Shown: positions 38,026 through 50,865 of the stretch, in pieces
How positions within the stretch are numbered: the stretch's first letter is position 1
Layout: the number at the start of each line of letters is the position of its first letter
Assembly (NCBI RefSeq): GCF_037042905.1
Contig: NC_087252.1
Location: 13,146,001-13,210,000, forward strand
Reading direction: 5' to 3'
Source: Lytechinus pictus
Lineage: Eukaryota
DNA length: 64,000 bases
Made by a program: the position numbers and the translations under genes
The notes under the pieces: generated by a model
Told to the model about the DNA's origin: nothing
The model's input: the letters and a program-made list of their open reading frames with translations, nothing else
The model's database searches: none

Positions 38026-39724
38026 AATGTGGTACTGCCCAGGGAGAGAAGAGATAATGATAGGCACCTGCATAAAGCCAAGCTGTGTAGAGTATTAGAG
38101 TTTGAATAAAAATGTCATAGATGTGAAGAATTGAAGAGCAAAATTAAGATTTTTTTATCCATCTTGTATGGTTGCCCTATTTGTAGGCCCTACATTTATG
38201 TACAATGTACGTGATGTACTTTGCAGGCCTTTACAAGATAGAGGAAAGCTGGTGTTACCAAGAATTTCACAATTTTGTGGTGAAATTTACGGTTTGTGGC
38301 TTTGCGCTGTCAAGAATTTTAATAGTATGCACACGTACATGTACATGTATTTTCATGATATTGATGCTCATGAAGGTGACAGCTCTAGTTGTGATGACAT
38401 TTTTGTGACATTCATTTATTAAAATTTTCATATACATATATACATATACATGTACATTGTTGGTGTAATGAATACTATATATTTTATCATGCTAGCATTT
38501 TTAATCTTTTCAACTATAAATTTCATGTGAAATCAAAACAATTTGTGATAGTACTTGTACAAACTCCTTGTTTCTACATGTATACACCCTTTAAATACCT
38601 CTAAAATGCAAAGCAACTGAAGAGTTCTATCAAATGGGACCAGAACATTCCATGAGCCAATGTCATCTATTTTACCCATTTTCTCATCTTGATTGATTCC
38701 GAGGGATGCAGTCAAATTTATGAGATGAAGGGTTTGTGAACTGATGGGATGGCAGTTAATGTTGCGGCATTGTAGGGATCAATGACCCGCTCTGACGTCA
38801 ATCCACAATCAAAATTAATGTTGAATGTGGAGCTAGATTTTATGTTGACAGCATCACTGGCCACGTTGGAAGATACTGTACATGAAGAAATAAAAAAAAA
38901 GTTGACATGATGCTCTGATTTGCTCAATGATACAAAATAGTAAAGATCTATTAAATATCTTCATACTGTAAGAAATAATACAAAAAATCCAGAAAAAAGT
39001 ATTTTTTTAGACCTGAATCATATCGGTAGCCTTTCCTTTTGGCATATATTTTGGTAGATTTTCATAGAGTGATCAGACTATGGGAATGTATACTAGGGTT
39101 TTATACAAGTTTGTTTAATAGCGGGTAGGCCTGCACACAAAAAGCACCAACATATATCATTTGATACATGAATAATTCAAATGGCCCAATCTGGAAATAG
39201 GCCCTACAGTGTGAAAGTTTGATAGAAAGCTACCTGTTATCCTACATGTACATTGTACACTGCCACTCCTCAAACCACCATTTTCTCAATATCCCTTTCA
39301 CAACCATAGTTTATTTTAGTTTCGAAGACATAATCCATACCTCAAGGCTCAAAACACTTGAAAATTTCTTTTCATGACAGCATTATTGTGTACAATGTAT
39401 GAGCAGGACTTCCTATGCAGTATTAAAGCTCAATGAAAAGTTGCACCCATCCATTTCATCACAATCTTTGTTCACAAGATTCACTTGAATGACTCTCACT
39501 GTAATAACAACCTCTTGCTAAACTTCATAAATTTCTTTCAAATGCCTTTGCACTTTTGTTAAAATCCATTCATTAGACACAGCAGGCCATTGTGTGTCAA
39601 ACTATTACTTGCCTTTGACAAGCATATTAAAGCAGAACTACATGTACAATGTATAGACCTACATATTATGCTTTGACTTTGTTCTCTTTGAAAAAAAAAG
39701 CAGTGAGCCAGATTTACATACTGT

Positions 39725-40605
39725 TATTAAATTTCTCATAGTATACAAATATATCAGGCTTTGAGAAAGTATAGTGGGAATTATTTATCCGAGGTTAGAC
39801 TGGCAATTACTATTTTTCCGAGGTGCGAAGCCCCGAGGGAAAAATAGTTACATTGCCAGTCCAACCGAGGATTAATAATTCCCACTATGCTTTGGAAAGA
39901 AACGCCTGATATACATGTATTTGTTTTATATCCCTCTTTAACTTGTGGACCTAGTCCTTGCTGATGTTTAACCAATCTAGACAAAATCTAACGTTGCCGG
40001 ACCTCTAGGCTGGGTAGGCTGCGCGCGGCTTCTACCCGACTGCACTTAATGTGAGCTAGGTCCGCTGCGCTGCGTTGGCCGTTGCTGCAGTTGCACTCAA
40101 AATGTAAATAAATTCGCGCAGGCTAAATCAGGTATTTATGTAAATATAGATTCAATGCTCTAAAAATTGGTATCTGATCTTGACTCGCCTTGTTAGGTAT
40201 ATTTATTCCAAATGTAAGAATCCTGTATGAATGGCCGTCAGAATTATATTTTCTGCATTGTAATCTAGCTAGACCCAATTCCACAGTGATTTTTCAAATT
40301 CTTGGTAAGTAATTTGAGCGAGAGCTGTTTAATAATTGTATTACGATCGATTGCGGATAATCGAATCTGGGTCAAGTCAGGGAGCATGCGCAGTTCAAAG
40401 TTGAGGGAACATATCGAGCATGAGCATGCGCAGTTCTCCCCATGAAAGTATATAGAAAAATATACGGAGCTCGAAGAAAACTATATGGAGCTACTTGCAG
40501 CGATGTGCTTTCCTATTGAAATTATACTTTGTCACATGATCGCGAAATGACCAATCGTTTATCTAGAATACTCATGAATATTCATAAGAGGGATATAATA
40601 AAATA
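39725..40605. mobile_element. Hairpin-ended non-autonomous element (Crypton-like architecture)
   Basis: ~180-nt hairpin 39745..39924 centred on ccgagg-t-gcgaagc-c-ccgagg; adjacent ttatatccctctt (39926..39938) is inverted to distal aagagggatataa (40586..40598). Family assignment is from recalled architecture only. Confidence 0.55.
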
Positions 40606-41599
40606 TATCCCTATACATACAGTACGTGTATGCGCACACTTCTCAGCCCCTCACTGTAACTACTACATGTATTTCTAACAAAGTGAAATCTTGCCCAAAT
40701 ATTTTAGGGGAAGTGTAAGAGGTATTAAAGGTACAGGGTATCTTAAACTGAAATATGGTGTACTATTTATCAAGTCATACCCTCTCTTTTTAAACATGCA
40801 TGTACATGAATGTAGTTTGTGCTTTAATGTCAAAATGAATACAAAGGCTGGCAAATACAAATTTCATGTAGGAGCCCTAAAATTTTTCTTCTTTTCGATT
40901 TTGATATTACCTATACGTAAAATATTTAAAAAATATTTTTTTTATTTTCAACAGTCTTTTTCGCCTAGTGGTTATCTCATTTTCTTTATACCTTAAAACT
41001 TTGGTTGTGTGTGAATGAATCCTCCTTCATCTGACTGAGCTATTCTTGTGTGGAAGAGCCTCCTCCTGATAAGATCAGTGATTCAGTCAAATTATATCGA
41101 GACCCTTGTCAATTACAACTTCCATGACAGCCCCTGAAATGGGGGGCAAAGTCTGACAGTCTAATAATAAACCCACTTGCACCGATGGCAGCTTGTGTGA
41201 GAACTCGCGCAGGAGATTTTAAGCAAAGGCAACCTATATCTGTCACGTACTGTACATGTAGGCCTTATGCTGATATACATGCATTAATTTTTCATATAGG
41301 CCTACATGTATTACAGTACTATGTTTGTGACTATATTTGCATAAAACAGTGTACGCATGTGAATTCGGTCCCATTTCTTACAATTTTTCTCCCTAATTTT
41401 TCAATGTACATGTACTGGCACATGAATTGTCATATGATAATTCAAGTTCTAGTGTTTAATCCTTATCTTGTCCATGTACACCTTTCTTGCTGTGATACCG
41501 TTGTTTGCTTCTTTGCACCGAAACCAAAGATCGCCGAGCAATGATAAGATTATACTGAGTTTGCATGTATGTCTTGGTGGTGATGTTGGTGATTTTATT

Positions 41600-41794
41600 C
41601 TTTTACCTGATTGCTATTAAGGAAGCATGAATGCTTGTAAATAAGCAACCAGAGGGCCAATGGCTTTTATAAATAAAAAAGGTCCTCTCGATGGGACCTG
41701 TTTAAATGAGGATCAATGCCTTACCAAAGTGGGAATTGAACCCGGGTCAGGGAAATATGAAACCCCCGCTCTACCGACTGAGCATAGCACCTCC
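41600..41794 (-). mobile_element. tRNA-derived SINE (family A, decayed copy)
   Basis: Minus strand ggaggtgctatgctcagtcggtagagcg...cccgggttcaattccc (A/B boxes); homologous to 61605..61799. Confidence 0.75.
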
Positions 41795-42060
41795 TTTACT
41801 CAGAATTATTTAGTGAAAACCTAGGTACATGTGCATTATACATGCATCAGTAATGCTACATTCACATTTGAAGGAAACCATCTCCAAACTGACCAAGGAT
41901 ATGTTTAACATAAATAAAAAATAGCTTTGATTGGTCTTGAATCACTGTCACCAACATTACTGGAGCATGAGATGCTTCATTTTGAGACATTGACTGGAAT
42001 TGATGTGTGGCAGGCAATCTAATTTAATCTTTACCCCTTTTCTCTTTTCATTCTTTCCAG

Positions 42061-42254
42061 GGGACAAAGATAGTAGTAAAATCACGTCAGTCACAGCAAC
42101 AGAAGGACCTCCGCCCGACAGAACGAAAGAAATCTCATACACAGACACGAGGGTTATAGGCAATGGCTCGTTCGGCGTGGTATACCAGGCCAGGATGGTC
42201 GATACCAATGATCTGGTGGCAATAAAGAAAGTATTACAAGATAAGAGATTCAAG
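42061..42254 (+). CDS. GSK3: GSK3 exon 2 (Gly-rich loop, VAIK lysine)
   Basis: ttctttccag|[66 protein letters not shown]|gtgagt; 194 nt. Confidence 0.97.
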
Positions 42255-42922
42255 GTGAGTAAGTGAGGAAGTAATATAGGTCCTAGTAGCCAACCTTGAG
42301 GTATCATGACTTTCTTGAAGGGTAGGGAGATTGTGGTGGCAATAAAGAAAGTATTACAAGATAAGAGATTCAATGTGAGAGTAATACAGGTCCTAGTAGC
42401 CAACCTTGAGGTATCACAGACTTTCTTGAAGGGTAGGGAGATTGTGGTGGCAATAAAGAAAGTATTACAAGATAAGAGATTCAAGGTGAGTATGTGAGGA
42501 AGTAATACAGGTCCTAGTAGCCAACCTTGAGGTATCACAGACTTTCTTGAAGGGTAGGGAGAGATTGTGGTGGCAATAAAGAAAGTAAATTACAAGATAA
42601 GAGATTCAAGGTGAGTATGTGAGAGTAATACAGGTCCTAGTAGCCAACCTTGAGGTATCACAGACTTTCTTGAAGGGTAGGGAGATTGTGGTGGCAATAA
42701 AGAAAGTATTACAAGATAAGAGATTCAATGTGAGAGTAATACAGGTCCTAGTAGCCAACCTTGAGGTATCACATACTTTCTTGAAGAGTAGGGAGATTGT
42801 GGTGGCAATAAAGAAAGTATTTCAAGATAAGAGATTCAAGGTGAGTATGTGAGGAAGTAATACAGGTCCTAGTAGCCAACCTTGAGGTATCACATACTTT
42901 CTTGAAGGGTAGGGAAATTGTG
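42214..42922 (+). repeat. Minisatellite, 6 copies of 111-123 bp, derived from the GSK3 exon2/intron2 junction
   Basis: Unit gtggcaataaagaaagtattacaagataagagattcaa(ggtgagta)tgtgag..gtaatacaggtcctagtagccaaccttgaggtatcac.gactttcttgaagggtagggagatt, starting near 42214, 42333, 42444, 42567, 42688 and 42799. Confidence 0.97.
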
Positions 42923-43950
42923 GGAATGACATTCATGTACATGTACATGTAGTTACTGCATAATCCGCATGCCAAGAAGAAAGCAAATCGATCAAGGTCA
43001 AATTAGATCATAAGAGGTGGATGATGGATTATAAAAAGAGATTGTCATGGGTTTGCTTTTTATAGAAACTGATGAGTAATTTGACAATGGCAATGATACC
43101 TTGCCATGGTCAGTCATAGTGATGTACAAAGTGTAAACATGACAGTGACAGGGGATGCAACTCTGTGCCTTGGGTGTCAGCACCTTGCGTGACAGTTTGC
43201 TCACATCGATGATGAGTTGGCAGACTCTTCCAAGGTTATTTTCATTGAAAGTAATTTGATGTCTGATGATACTTCACGTGTCTAGTCTCCAAGGGCACCA
43301 GAGGCTAGATACTAGATAATTACACTGCTATCCCTTTCAATGGTCAATGTTATTGATTGGTTGGTAGAAGAGGAAGTATTAGTTTACAAAGTGTTGAAGG
43401 TTGGACACTATCATAGGCTAGTATAGTGCCTCTGATTTGTATCTGCTTATTTTGTCCCTAGTATTACCGGTACATAGTATTTGTATTTATTTGTTTTTGT
43501 ATAGTGTGTTTTCGTTATTTAAAAAAAAAATGTACATGTAGGTGTAAAAAGTAGATCAGTTGATACATTGATGTGTATATTGAGTTGTGATTACATGTTG
43601 TCAACGATATACATGTAGACATTTTAGCAATACTGTATTATAGTTCATAGAAAAATGCATTGAAATGCAAATGGTATGAAGAATTTTATTTTTAACATGT
43701 AATGATACAAATACATTTCCAATTGAATTTAGACTCAGTAAATTACATTGCAATAATACTGGAGAGAACATGAAATGATTGCAAATTCAATTTATCTCTT
43801 TCTCTGTCATTATATCTCTGTCTTTCTCCTTCTTTGTCATTATCTTAAATATTTCATTTTCTTTTCCATTTACTTTTTCTTGTTTTTCCTTCCTCCCCTT
43901 CCGCCCTATCTTTTCTCTTCCTCTCTTACTTCATATCTTTGCGTGTGTAG

Positions 43951-44034
43951 AATCGAGAACTTCAGATCATGAGGAGACTAGATCATCACAATATAGTCAA
44001 ACTCAAGTACTTCTTTTATTCAAGTGGTGAAAAG
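43951..44034 (+). CDS. GSK3: GSK3 exon 3
   Basis: gtgtag|[28 protein letters not shown]|gtgagt; 84 nt. Confidence 0.97.
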
Positions 44035-44614
44035 GTGAGTTTCAGTACTACACAATAACATTTATAATGTTGCTGGGATGTTAAGACCCTGTATCTCAAA
44101 ACTTAAGAGTGTCGAAGGCAGTTCAGGAAAAGCAGATTTTCAGAAATTTGGCAATAGATTGTATACATAAGTTTTTTTTTTTTCTTTGCTTTTCGTTTGG
44201 TAGAGCATGATGAAAAGCCTCCACAACCCTGATTTAGTGGGAATCAGTAAATGGGGTTCCAACATATGACCTCTTGTACGCATGATTAGCCCCATTGATA
44301 TCAATGTATTATTGGCCTGGTTCTTTATGTTATGAACCAGGGGTGATATTTTGGAACACTGTCATAACTTTTGTCATAAAATTTTGTCATTTCTCCTTAA
44401 GAGTAACACCATTAAGATTGTCACAAATCTGTATTCTGAGCATTGCCTTTTCTCTGTCATATCTCTGTAAGTTCCCGCTCATCTTTTCACAGACAAACCA
44501 ATTAAAATCACAATTAGTTCTGAGTTGGAGCCCTTCTTTCCAATTGTAAAGGGACAGAAAGTTGAGAAGGATTTTGTTGAGAAAAAAAAACTGAGAAAAA
44601 AGAGGAATTAATAT

Positions 44615-44966
44615 AATAATGATAATAATATTCCGCATTGATATAGCGCTTAACACATCGAAGCGATGTCTGTAAGCACTTTACAGAAATATTATTACCC
44701 CAGTCATCGGATCCTTGCATGCCCGCATACAATGTATGCACCTTCTCCACTCCCTGGGGAGCATTCCAACAAGAGTTCCAAGACTCAATTGCTAGGCATA
44801 CTACATAGGCTTTCGCATCCTACCGGGTACCCATTTTACACCTGGGTGGAGAGTGGCAAATTGTGGATTGACGCCTTGCCAAAGGGCGCTAGGCCATGGT
44901 GGGATTCGAACACACAACCCTCTGATTACAAGGCGGGAGTCAGAACGGCTACACCACGACGCTTCC
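44615..44966 (-). mobile_element. tRNA-derived SINE (family B, near full length)
   Basis: Minus strand ggaagcgtcgtggtgtagccgttctgactc...gttcgaatccc (B box 44901..44911), core cactctccacccaggtgtaaaatgggtacc, (tta)n tail; a core fragment recurs on + near 49170..49210. Confidence 0.85.
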
Positions 44967-45544
44967 ACATATGTAGGGCCTAACTACTTGTAGCATAAAA
45001 AAATGCTGTTAAAAATAATCGTAGATGATGAGTGGAACTGATACAACAATGTAAATTGTAATCTAAACAATATCATTGTGTGCTTGACATACAGTCAGCA
45101 TGGTAACGGGATGCTATTATGCTAAAAGAAATGACAAAATTTGTGCCTGCTAGTCCCTGTCCTAAATTTTGTCATGTCTTTTGATTGTAAAGGGATTATG
45201 CGCGTATATGAATTTGTGTATGTCTTGTGTGTGCTATTTGCGAAAAGACCAAACTTCTGAAAATTTTTGTGAAACACTTTTCCACCAGAATACCAATTCT
45301 GTCTGACACCTCTAAGAAAAGATAAAATATAGAGAAAAGCAATGTTCAGAATATCGCCCCAGGTCAATATTATATTCACTTTACATTTTATACTTGATTA
45401 CCTGAGATAGAACTTTTAGTCTGCATAAGAAGATGTCAAATCATTTTTTCACATCAGATTATGCAAAGCATATGTTATATGTATAGTAGCCTCTTCTATT
45501 ATAATCAAATTTTGCCTAAATATTCACTTGTTTGTTCAATATAG

Positions 45545-45975
45545 ATCTTTATATGACACTTATAGATATATCCTTGTCATTTTATTTTTTTTTATATTGT
45601 TCATTCAGCCCATTTTACAATGACGTCATCCGTGCAATTTTGATCCTTACGATGTTGTCCATTGGACACACGCTGAGACCACCGGCGCTACTCGTGTGTT
45701 TGCAGTGTGCGTGTTGAATGTAATGCGTCAAACAACAGACCGCATTTGGGCTGAATGCACTTTTATTCATATATTTAAATATCATGACAAGGATCTATTT
45801 TTATGTGTCATATAGAGCAAATAATGAATGTTCTTTTCATTCGTGCAGTGGACAGAAATACTTCATTTGGTAAAAGACGAAATGAATGATCCATTCAACG
45901 AGGCTACGACTCGTTGAATTTCATCTGTCACCTCATGAAGTATTCTGTCCATTGCACTCATAAAACATTATTTGT
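45545..45975. mobile_element. Second hairpin-ended element (Crypton-like architecture)
   Basis: Hairpin 45818..45974 (gtgcagtggacagaaatacttcat...attcaacgag-loop-ctcgttgaat...atgaagtattctgtccattgcac) preceded by inverted repeats tatatgacac..atccttgtcat / atgacaaggat..gtgtcatata. Confidence 0.55.
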
Positions 45976-46051
45976 ATATTATTAGTCAATTGTTTTCCTT
46001 TGAACCATATACTGCATGGTGTTCTCTTTCATTTCTCTCTGCGCAACACAG

Positions 46052-46162
46052 AAAGACGAGGTGTTTTTAAACCTGGTCTTAGAATATGTACCAGAAACCG
46101 TTTACAGAGTAGCAAGGCACTACAGCAAAGCAAAGCAAACCATATCTCTTATCTATGTTAAG
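46052..46162 (+). CDS. GSK3: GSK3 exon 4
   Basis: acacag|[37 protein letters not shown]|gtaagt; 111 nt. Confidence 0.97.
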
Positions 46163-46861
46163 GTAAGTCCAAGTATTGATTTTAGTCACTCATGGTAGCG
46201 TTTTGAAAAAAAGAGTAAAGCTGGACTTGAAAGTTAATTCATCCTTTGATAAGTAGTTTAGTTTGGGGTTTTGTTTTGTTTTTCTCCTTATCCATTTTTT
46301 CCTCTTTTTTATATTTTGTATTTTTATATATTTTATTTTTTTTTATTCATTTTGTAAACTTCATTTTTTTTTTTTTTTTTTGGGGGGGTGGGTTATTGTA
46401 TATTTTCTAAACAGGATTTTGTGTCATATATATTGAGAGAGAGACAGACAGATACACACACACACATAAAAAGAGAAAGAGAACTCCTATTGAACCATTA
46501 TGTGATATTAATAGAGATCACATACATGTAGCAGGAACAATATTATTAGATTTGTTGCGATGATCTACTGCTCTGTCATTGAGGCCATATATCTTGGTAG
46601 TTGTAATCGTCAAAACATGGAAAGATTACATAAACATTTGCCACCTGTATTATAAACATAGGGACTTGAGAGATCTATGTGTCTGTCTATAGGTGCTTTT
46701 CCACCCACCCGATTACAAAAAAAATCCTGAAAAGTATGTACTGACTTAAGGGTTTGGGCGGATGTTTGGCGAGTACTGTACTTTCACTAAAGTAAAGTAA
46801 AGTAGTAGTTATATTTTTTGCAGCTTGGTATGAGAGTATCTTTTTTTCTGCCAGAAGTATT

Positions 46862-47070
46862 GGTTCCATAACATTTGCTCGGACGACAATTGCTCAGCTC
46901 TAAATTCTACATACTAAACGAATGACCAACTTCAACCCTGAGTTTATTGAACACCATACCCTACCCTAACCCTAAACCCAACATAAAAATCTACTGCAAC
47001 CCTCATCCTAACACTACATCTGAGACGAAATCAAGCCCAGAGCAATTGTCACAGGCGCAAATGTGTCACC
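46862..47070 (+). mobile_element. Short interspersed repeat, possibly Helentron-associated
   Basis: Homologous to 24281..24487; contains a ccctaaccctaa tract. Confidence 0.55.
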
Positions 47071-47392
47071 GAACATGTGTCTTGAACATTAAAAAAAAAA
47101 TGTTTCTGCCTCTTCCCATCTTCCTTCCTTCCTCTCTCCCTTTTTTTCCACTGTCTACCTCCTATTTTCATCTCCCCTCATCCCTCTCCCTCCATTGCCC
47201 CTTCCTCCCTCGTTTCATCTTTTTTCCTCTCTCATATTCTCTCTACCTTTTGGCTACTTTCCAATAACTTCGCATCATCCTTTGCCCCTCCCCTCATGCC
47301 CTATTTACTCCTAATTTACACCCCTGTTGTCATTACCCCTTTCAACTCCTCCAATTTCATTATTATGTTTTATTCAATGCAAACAGATTTAA

Positions 47393-47632
<240 letters not shown>

Positions 47633-48074
47633 TAAGTTGCAAATTGAATTACTTCTTCAGTTTTCAACCAGTTCTCATTCCATTTGGCAAATATATTGGC
47701 CTTGAGGACATTTTTTTCATTTTCCTAAATTTGTTGCCATGGTAACAGGCTAATACCATATTAAGGCAAGGCAAAAAAAAAAAAATCTTGGGAAGTGAAC
47801 TACTTCCTCGGTTTTTGCCTGGAGATCATGAAATTTGGCGCCAACATTGTTCTTAGGGTAAAGACGTGCAGGACCCATTTTTGAATATTTTAGAAACTGT
47901 GTTGCGCAGGTAACAGGGTGGGGCGTATTGATCACATTCAGTGATATTTATGGTTTATACTTGACAGTGATGATGTTACAGATAATGGTCAAAATGAAGA
48001 CTCCCATCTCTTTTATCCTTGAAGTTCTAGGCAGAATACACATATTAAGTAATTTTCCTCTGTTTTTACTACAG

Positions 48075-48181
48075 TGCAAAGGTGCTTGTGAGAGGAGAGC
48101 CCAATGTATCATATATCTGTTCACGGTACTACAGAGCGCCGGAGCTTATATTTGGTGCTACTGACTACACATGTGATATAG
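48075..48181 (+). CDS. GSK3: GSK3 exon 6 (activation loop)
   Basis: ctacag|[37 protein letters not shown]|gtgagt; 107 nt. Confidence 0.97.
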
Positions 48182-48496
48182 GTGAGTAGTGTAGTACTTC
48201 AACTGAACTTGCTGATTGATGTTTTGGCAGAATGGAAGGTCATGAACTTTTGATGAGCTTGTCTGTAGGGGTCAATGTACTTTTATAGCCAGTCGTACAC
48301 AAGATATTTTGAAATATTCTACCAGGGTTCATAGCATTGTAAACTTTCAATTATTGCTTGATTTTAGCTAAATGTTCATGGTTAACGCCAAATTTGCGAA
48401 TTTGCCAAGTTAAATCTAGGACCACATAAATATTCATATGTTTGAGTTGGGAGAAATTCCACTTAAAGACGTATATTACACATGTTTGCATTTTTT

Positions 48497-48806
48497 GGGG
48501 GGTGTTTCACAAAGAAGTGTGACTTATTTTTCATGCTTAAATGCTAATGGGCTATGTTAATTCAAATCGCAATCACTTTTGATTGGTTTAGAGGAAAGAA
48601 AAGCTTTGCATGTCCACTGAACAATGCAATACACGCATCACTGTTGTGTATGTTTGTTAGTACTATAGACTTAATACACTCTGTGTGTTGTGAATGAAAC
48701 GTGACCTGAGTCAAAGTTGGCAGCCCCTTGTATGTTACTCTAGTTGAACAAAGCGGGCAAAGAGTCAAGTGCTAAGTCCAACTCAACCCTTTGTGAAACA
48801 CGTCCC
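48497..48806. mobile_element. MITE related to 888..1097
   Basis: gtgtttcacaaag ... ctttgtgaaacac termini. Confidence 0.65.
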
Positions 48807-48910
48807 AGGATAAAGAAAAATTGCTTTTGCCTGGGGAATATTTTTATACATAGAAGGTCAACTCATGCAGGACTGTATGTACTACTATCTTGTTTTTTTA
48901 TTTCACTTGA

Positions 48911-49237
<327 letters not shown>

Positions 49238-49927
49238 TGATCAGGATAGCCGTGCTGAGGGTGGAGTAATAGAATGCAACCATTAGAAACATTTTATTTA
49301 TTTATATATTTTCTGTATAAAAAAGCAGGGTAGTCCCATTCAAGACAGAGGCTTGCTTTACAAGGGAGCCCTGGTATTATTCACATTTCAAACATTATAC
49401 AATCACAATTATAACATACACAATTAAAATACACAACTAATACAAAAAGAATATATATACATAATAAACAACAAGGGGAGAATAGGGCCTTTGTGAATGT
49501 TGATATTATGATTAATATTATCAAGAAAAATCCAATGAAAGTTTGAAGTAGAAGGCTTACCTGGTTCTAGCAGGTCACAACTGCTATCAGTTGGAATCAA
49601 TAAAGTATTGATTATTCCGCAGTTAGTGGAACCAGTTTTTCTCTCAAATTTCCAACTCTCGAGGGGCTGTTACGTGAAGGTGACTGTTCAGTTATGGAAG
49701 AACAAATTAAGGTTGAAGTTTGATAACTTGAAGTCTGAAATGCTTTTAATGGGTTACAACTGGATTCCATAAAACATAACTTTGTTTTCACTCTTGCAAA
49801 ATACCAGATGGTGTTTTTTTCTGATAGATTATATAGGAACATGCCTCTAATTTTCTCTCAGATTTTTCACTGTCCATTTACCTGTTCAATACTTTTCCCT
49901 AACTGTTAAACATGTCTTCCTGTGCAG

Positions 49928-50114
49928 GTATTCCGAACGAGAACTCCCGCTGATGCAATCCAGCTGTGTAGCAGACTCCTTGAGTATACCCCCAAGTCCA
50001 GGATCAAACCCCTGGAAGCATGCGCCCATCAGTTCTTCAGTGAGCTACGGGATCCTGGCATCAAGCTACCCAACGGCAGGGAGCTTCCCCCTTTATTCAA
50101 CTTCACAGCTGGTG
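49928..50114 (+). CDS. GSK3: GSK3 exon 8
   Basis: gtgcag|[62 protein letters not shown]+G|gtgagt; 187 nt. Confidence 0.97.
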
Positions 50115-50716
50115 GTGAGTGCTCAGATTTACTTCTAAGACCTTGGTCTTTTTTTCTGCAATTCATCTCATAATGTAGACTCGATAAGCTCTGTTTTTTC
50201 TAGCCCGGTCACATTATTTACCATCGTATTTTAATTTTTTTTTTTCTCTCTTTTATATATGCATGGAGTAATTTTCCTTTTCTTTCTTTTGTAATTGTGT
50301 GTATTGGTTTTTAATGTGAAATAAATGAAATGAAATGAAAACAATTAAACATTAGGGCAATTCAGTAAAATACATACATCTGACCCTCTATATGTGGGCA
50401 AGGCTTTTCAAAACTGGATCCCAAGCAAGGTTGAAAAATAAACAAGCAAGCTGGGATCATGGGAACCAACGTCTCTAAAAAAAAATATCCTTGGCTAATC
50501 TGTCAACAAACAATTGTTCTCGTGGTACTCCTTTCCTAAATAAATTTTATTGGCTCCCTGTTTCTGAGAGAATGCATTACTGGATACATAATCCTATTTT
50601 AACTTGGCTATTTCAGACCAGGCTTTTGCCAAGCTCTGTCAACCACCATTATATATTTTCCACTATTCCAGCATCAGAATTTGATATATTTTCCACCATC
50701 TTTCATTCTCTCACAG

Positions 50717-50865
50717 AACTTGCAAGTAAGCCATCATTACGCACAGCCCTGATCCCGCCTCATGTCAGTCAGAATTCATCCAGCTCGACAGCCCCACACG
50801 ACACCCCCGAGCCATCCACCAGCGCCACAGCATCGTCAGCGACTGGCGGTTCTAGCAGCAAGTGA
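50717..50865 (+). CDS. GSK3: GSK3 exon 9 (Ser/Thr-rich tail and stop)
   Basis: tcacag|AA LASKPSLRTALIPPHVSQNSSSSTAPHDTPEPSTSATASSATGGSSSK TGA. The nine exons sum to 1245 nt = 414 aa plus stop, with all phases consistent. Confidence 0.93.

Noticed and set aside
42214..42922. Possible CRISPR-like array or extra kinase genes (ORFs 42306..42497, 42619..42852, 41957..42538)
   Set aside because: Units are head-to-tail with no unique spacers, there are no cas genes and the context is eukaryotic; the ORFs are by-products of the repeat.
44895..44966. tRNA gene candidates (also 41730..41794 and 61740..61799)
   Set aside because: A/B boxes are present but no clean cloverleaf, and each continues into a shared SINE body and tail.
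46955..46985. Interstitial telomeric repeat (CCCTAA)n
   Set aside because: Only 2-3 degenerate units, internal to a dispersed repeat that is also present at 24281.
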